Source of the DNA: the human T2T-CHM13v2.0 reference genome, Homo sapiens
Length of the DNA stretch: 64,000 nucleotides
Strand: one strand, 5' to 3'
Assembly (NCBI RefSeq): GCF_009914755.1
Contig: NC_060931.1
Positions 61,259-64,000 of this stretch are shown in pieces. A program made the position numbers and the translations under genes. Under the pieces are notes generated by a model. It ran no database searches. It worked only from the letters and a program-made list of their open reading frames with translations, and was not told where the DNA came from. Each line of letters starts with the position of its first letter. Positions within the stretch are counted from its first letter, which is position 1.

Positions 61259-62829
61259 AGTTAACTTAACAAGTGTGTTAAGTTAATATTCAAGAGTCTT
61301 AGGTTTGAGTTCTATCTGTGTATCAGGCATAAATGTTTCCTTGGGTAGATTTGCTATTTTAATTTTCATGTAGGAGTGTACCCAAACTCAAAGGGATCAG
61401 ACTCAGTGATTTATATTTTGAGGATTCTGTATACACTGTAAAAGTATAAAAACGTTTCCATTTACATTTTTTCTGCAGGCCTCTCCTAATCCCTTGGACT
61501 TGTAGAACCATTTAGAAGGTGGAAAAATCTTCAGTTATTGTTATGGAAGCTTTCTATTATATTAACTCTGTTTTTCAGTATTGCTTTCCCATAAAGAGTT
61601 CATCTTATATGTACATTCCATTCAAGAAAATAATGAATTATTAATGAAATTCCTTTTCAAATGAACATTGCAGATATTTGGATAAGCTTGAAAAATATTG
61701 GATATTTTATAGACCTTTTTGTTTTGAAAGCCGCACAAGTACTAAACCTATTTCAGACTTTTAATAGAAATTATAGTAGTTTCAGGAACAGTAAAATACA
61801 TACCTATAAAATCAAATGCTTTCACAAAGATATATAAAAATTGTGTAAGTGACAGGCCAATTAAGAGTATGAATATGTTGAGACTGATGCGACAGACCAC
61901 TCCCTTCTGCCCTCATCTACCTCCACCACATACACTCAGAGACACCCTTCACCTTCCTTTGCTACTGGTGACCACCCAGACACAGTCATGGTTACCTAAG
62001 GGTAATTTAGTAACACGACACACTCAAGTACTCTGGGTCATGCACAGTGTGAGATCATTATTCATTACCCACATACATTAAATTTTTAAAGCACTCCTTG
62101 GATTTGATCCAAGAATTATCTCATCAACACTTAACACTCCAGCCACAGAATGAAGGGGCAGGAGGGTGAAATATCACACTGAAATCTGAACCAGACGAGA
62201 GACTGAATTGAGACACAGAGGAAGAAAGGGTTTCATAGCTACCCACTGGCCATAATTAGCCTCCCAATCTACACATTTGGCAGGTCCTCATGTGCTTCGG
62301 AAGCCTTGCCAATGGACAAGTACACATATCTCCACAAAGTACTTGCAGCCTGTGATTGTTACCAGCAACAGAATTTCAGAAGGGTGATCATGAAAGGAGA
62401 AGGGAATGAAAGGAAGTCCTGTGAGAAAATACCCACAGCTGCTTGAGAGAAAATGGGAAGAGATGAAGAATGTAGTGTGCCTGGTTGCCAACACTATGCA
62501 GCTGCAATTTTCTAAGAAGGAAAATAGGAAGGCTTCTTTTAAAGCCTTTCAAGATTTAGAGATCTGCTACGAAGGCAATTTACCTTAGAAGATATTTAAC
62601 TATAAAAATATAGCCAATGGGAGAGAAGCAAAACTTTTGGCATGCTCCAAGCACATAATGTGTTGCCTTTTCTTTAAATATTCTCCTTCAAATGATACAG
62701 ACTTTATAGTTAAAATGCTCTAAGCCAATGGGAAAAAATTACTTATGTATGAGGAAGAGTTTTGAAAGATGGTCTAAGTTGTTATGACTGGTATTCTTTT
62801 AATTCTTTTATGACTTTCAAGAATGTACT

Positions 62830-64000
62830 AACATTTTTATGACTTTTAGGAATATTTATTAACTGTTGGTGACTGAGAACTGAGGATAAAATGATAAAAA
62901 AGATGACCCAGTCTTGATAACTTTTATATTCCACTGAGGATTATAGAAAAAAATCACAATAAATTGTTATGATACAATAAACTGTTGTTCATAGTAGGGA
63001 GGTAATATGTGTTATGAAAGACATAGCAGGAAATTCTAAGTCTAAGGACTAGGGGAAGTTAAAGCAAGTACATTGTTTTTCTAAAATATGGAGGGTGAGT
63101 ATGAGTCATCCAGTAAAAAACAAGATTAAATTTTTGGTTTTGCTTTTTGTTTCTTATCTGTTTATAGGTAACTGGCTAGAGGCAAAAGGAAAGAAAAGAT
63201 CGGTAGGGGAGAAAAGAAGAGAAAGAGAGAGTTTGCCATGTTGAAAGTATAGGTGGCAAGGTGGGGAGTAGATGACGTGAGTCTGGAGAGGAAGTCAGAG
63301 AAGCTGTGCAGGTCAGGAAAGCCCTCAGAAGAACAGTGATATGTTATTTCTCACATAAGCTGGGATACTTTTGAGAAAGACAGGAGGCGCTATTAATAAT
63401 TATGCCTGGACATGAGCATAAATGGCGACATATGGTGATTCTATTTTAAAAGTACAGAGAATTTTAAAGAAAAGGATGACATTCTGATGCTAGCCTTTAT
63501 AAAAATTCAACTTTAATAGAGAATGGTTTGGAAGGAAATAAAGATGGGCAAAGGGAGACCAGCTGGAAAGGTTTAGATGACCTGGAATGACTGACGATCA
63601 TGACCTGCACTAAAACAGTTTTGGCAATTTGGAGTTAAATGGATACACCTAGATTTAGAGGAAAAAGAATCAGTAAGACTAATTGGAATAGATGGGGTAA
63701 AGGGATTGTGCTGAAGAAGAGACAGAGGCCCGGGACCATTCTTAAGTTATGACTTGAGCAGCTGAGGGGGTATAGTGATGAGTTTTAATGAGGTTAGAAA
63801 CATTGGATGAGAATCCTGATCTGGGGAGGTAAGGATAGAAGATGTTCAGTTTTTATCACACTGAGTTTGAGAGGGCTGGAAAATCTTAATAAATTTTGAG
63901 TAGATAAATTTATATTAGGAGATATAAAACTGGTGGTCATTGACAGATACAGTAGGTGGAAAAGAATAATTTTTTAAAGATAAGACTGTCAAGGAGGTAA
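62830..64000 (+). mobile_element. L2 fragments
   Basis: tatttattaactg...; gggagaccagctggaaagg; tcagtttttatcacactgagtttgag. Confidence 0.6.

Larger units (their letters stand above)
56961..61738 (+). pseudogene. Pseudo-exon cluster (about two PLAT-like repeats) split by an intronic L2/L1PA
   Basis: 56961-57031 ELIIEIILFFNELQSSQLL; 57362-57451 AVQYLSCMDIKELTKI*LYRH; ~58120 IFLFKINK*SF; 58683 exon IVKFFCSIYFSD; 61374-61428 SVPKLKGIRLSD; 61479 IPWTCRTI*KV..QYCFPI; 61674-61738 IWISLKNIGYFIDL. Confidence 0.5.

Noticed and set aside
62349-62588. Purine-rich segment as a further exon
   Set aside because: No PLAT-like motif and no convincing GT donor; cannot be supported

Overview
Primate, probably human, AT-rich genomic DNA (Alu, L1PA, THE1/MLT1, MER52, MIR, L2). 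Roughly half to two-thirds of the window is transposable element, by eye. I find no intact protein-coding gene, RNA gene or CRISPR array. The ORF-track hits are mostly L1/Alu/LTR remnants, simple-repeat artefacts or short chance frames. The main non-repeat signal lies in the TE-free gaps from ~2.7 kb to ~61.7 kb. These gaps hold clusters of short + strand segments bounded by AG/GT splice-like sites, some of them phase-compatible. Translated by hand, they repeatedly give the ordered motifs of PLAT/LH2 domains (AG..V.I.LYG, F..G, L.KIRI/L, W..V.V, F.C..WL, DG), broken by stops and frameshifts. I interpret this as a long-dead, multi-exon, multi-PLAT (LOXHD1-like or RP1-C-terminal-like) unprocessed pseudogene. 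That call is manual pattern recognition and needs HMM/tBLASTn confirmation. Other points of interest are local templated duplications, a full-length L1PA with mismatched flanks, an inverted AluY pair around one exon cluster, and a young 87-bp duplication around a purine-pyrimidine repeat. Repeat subfamily names are from memory of consensus sequences, and boundaries are approximate unless a TSD is given.
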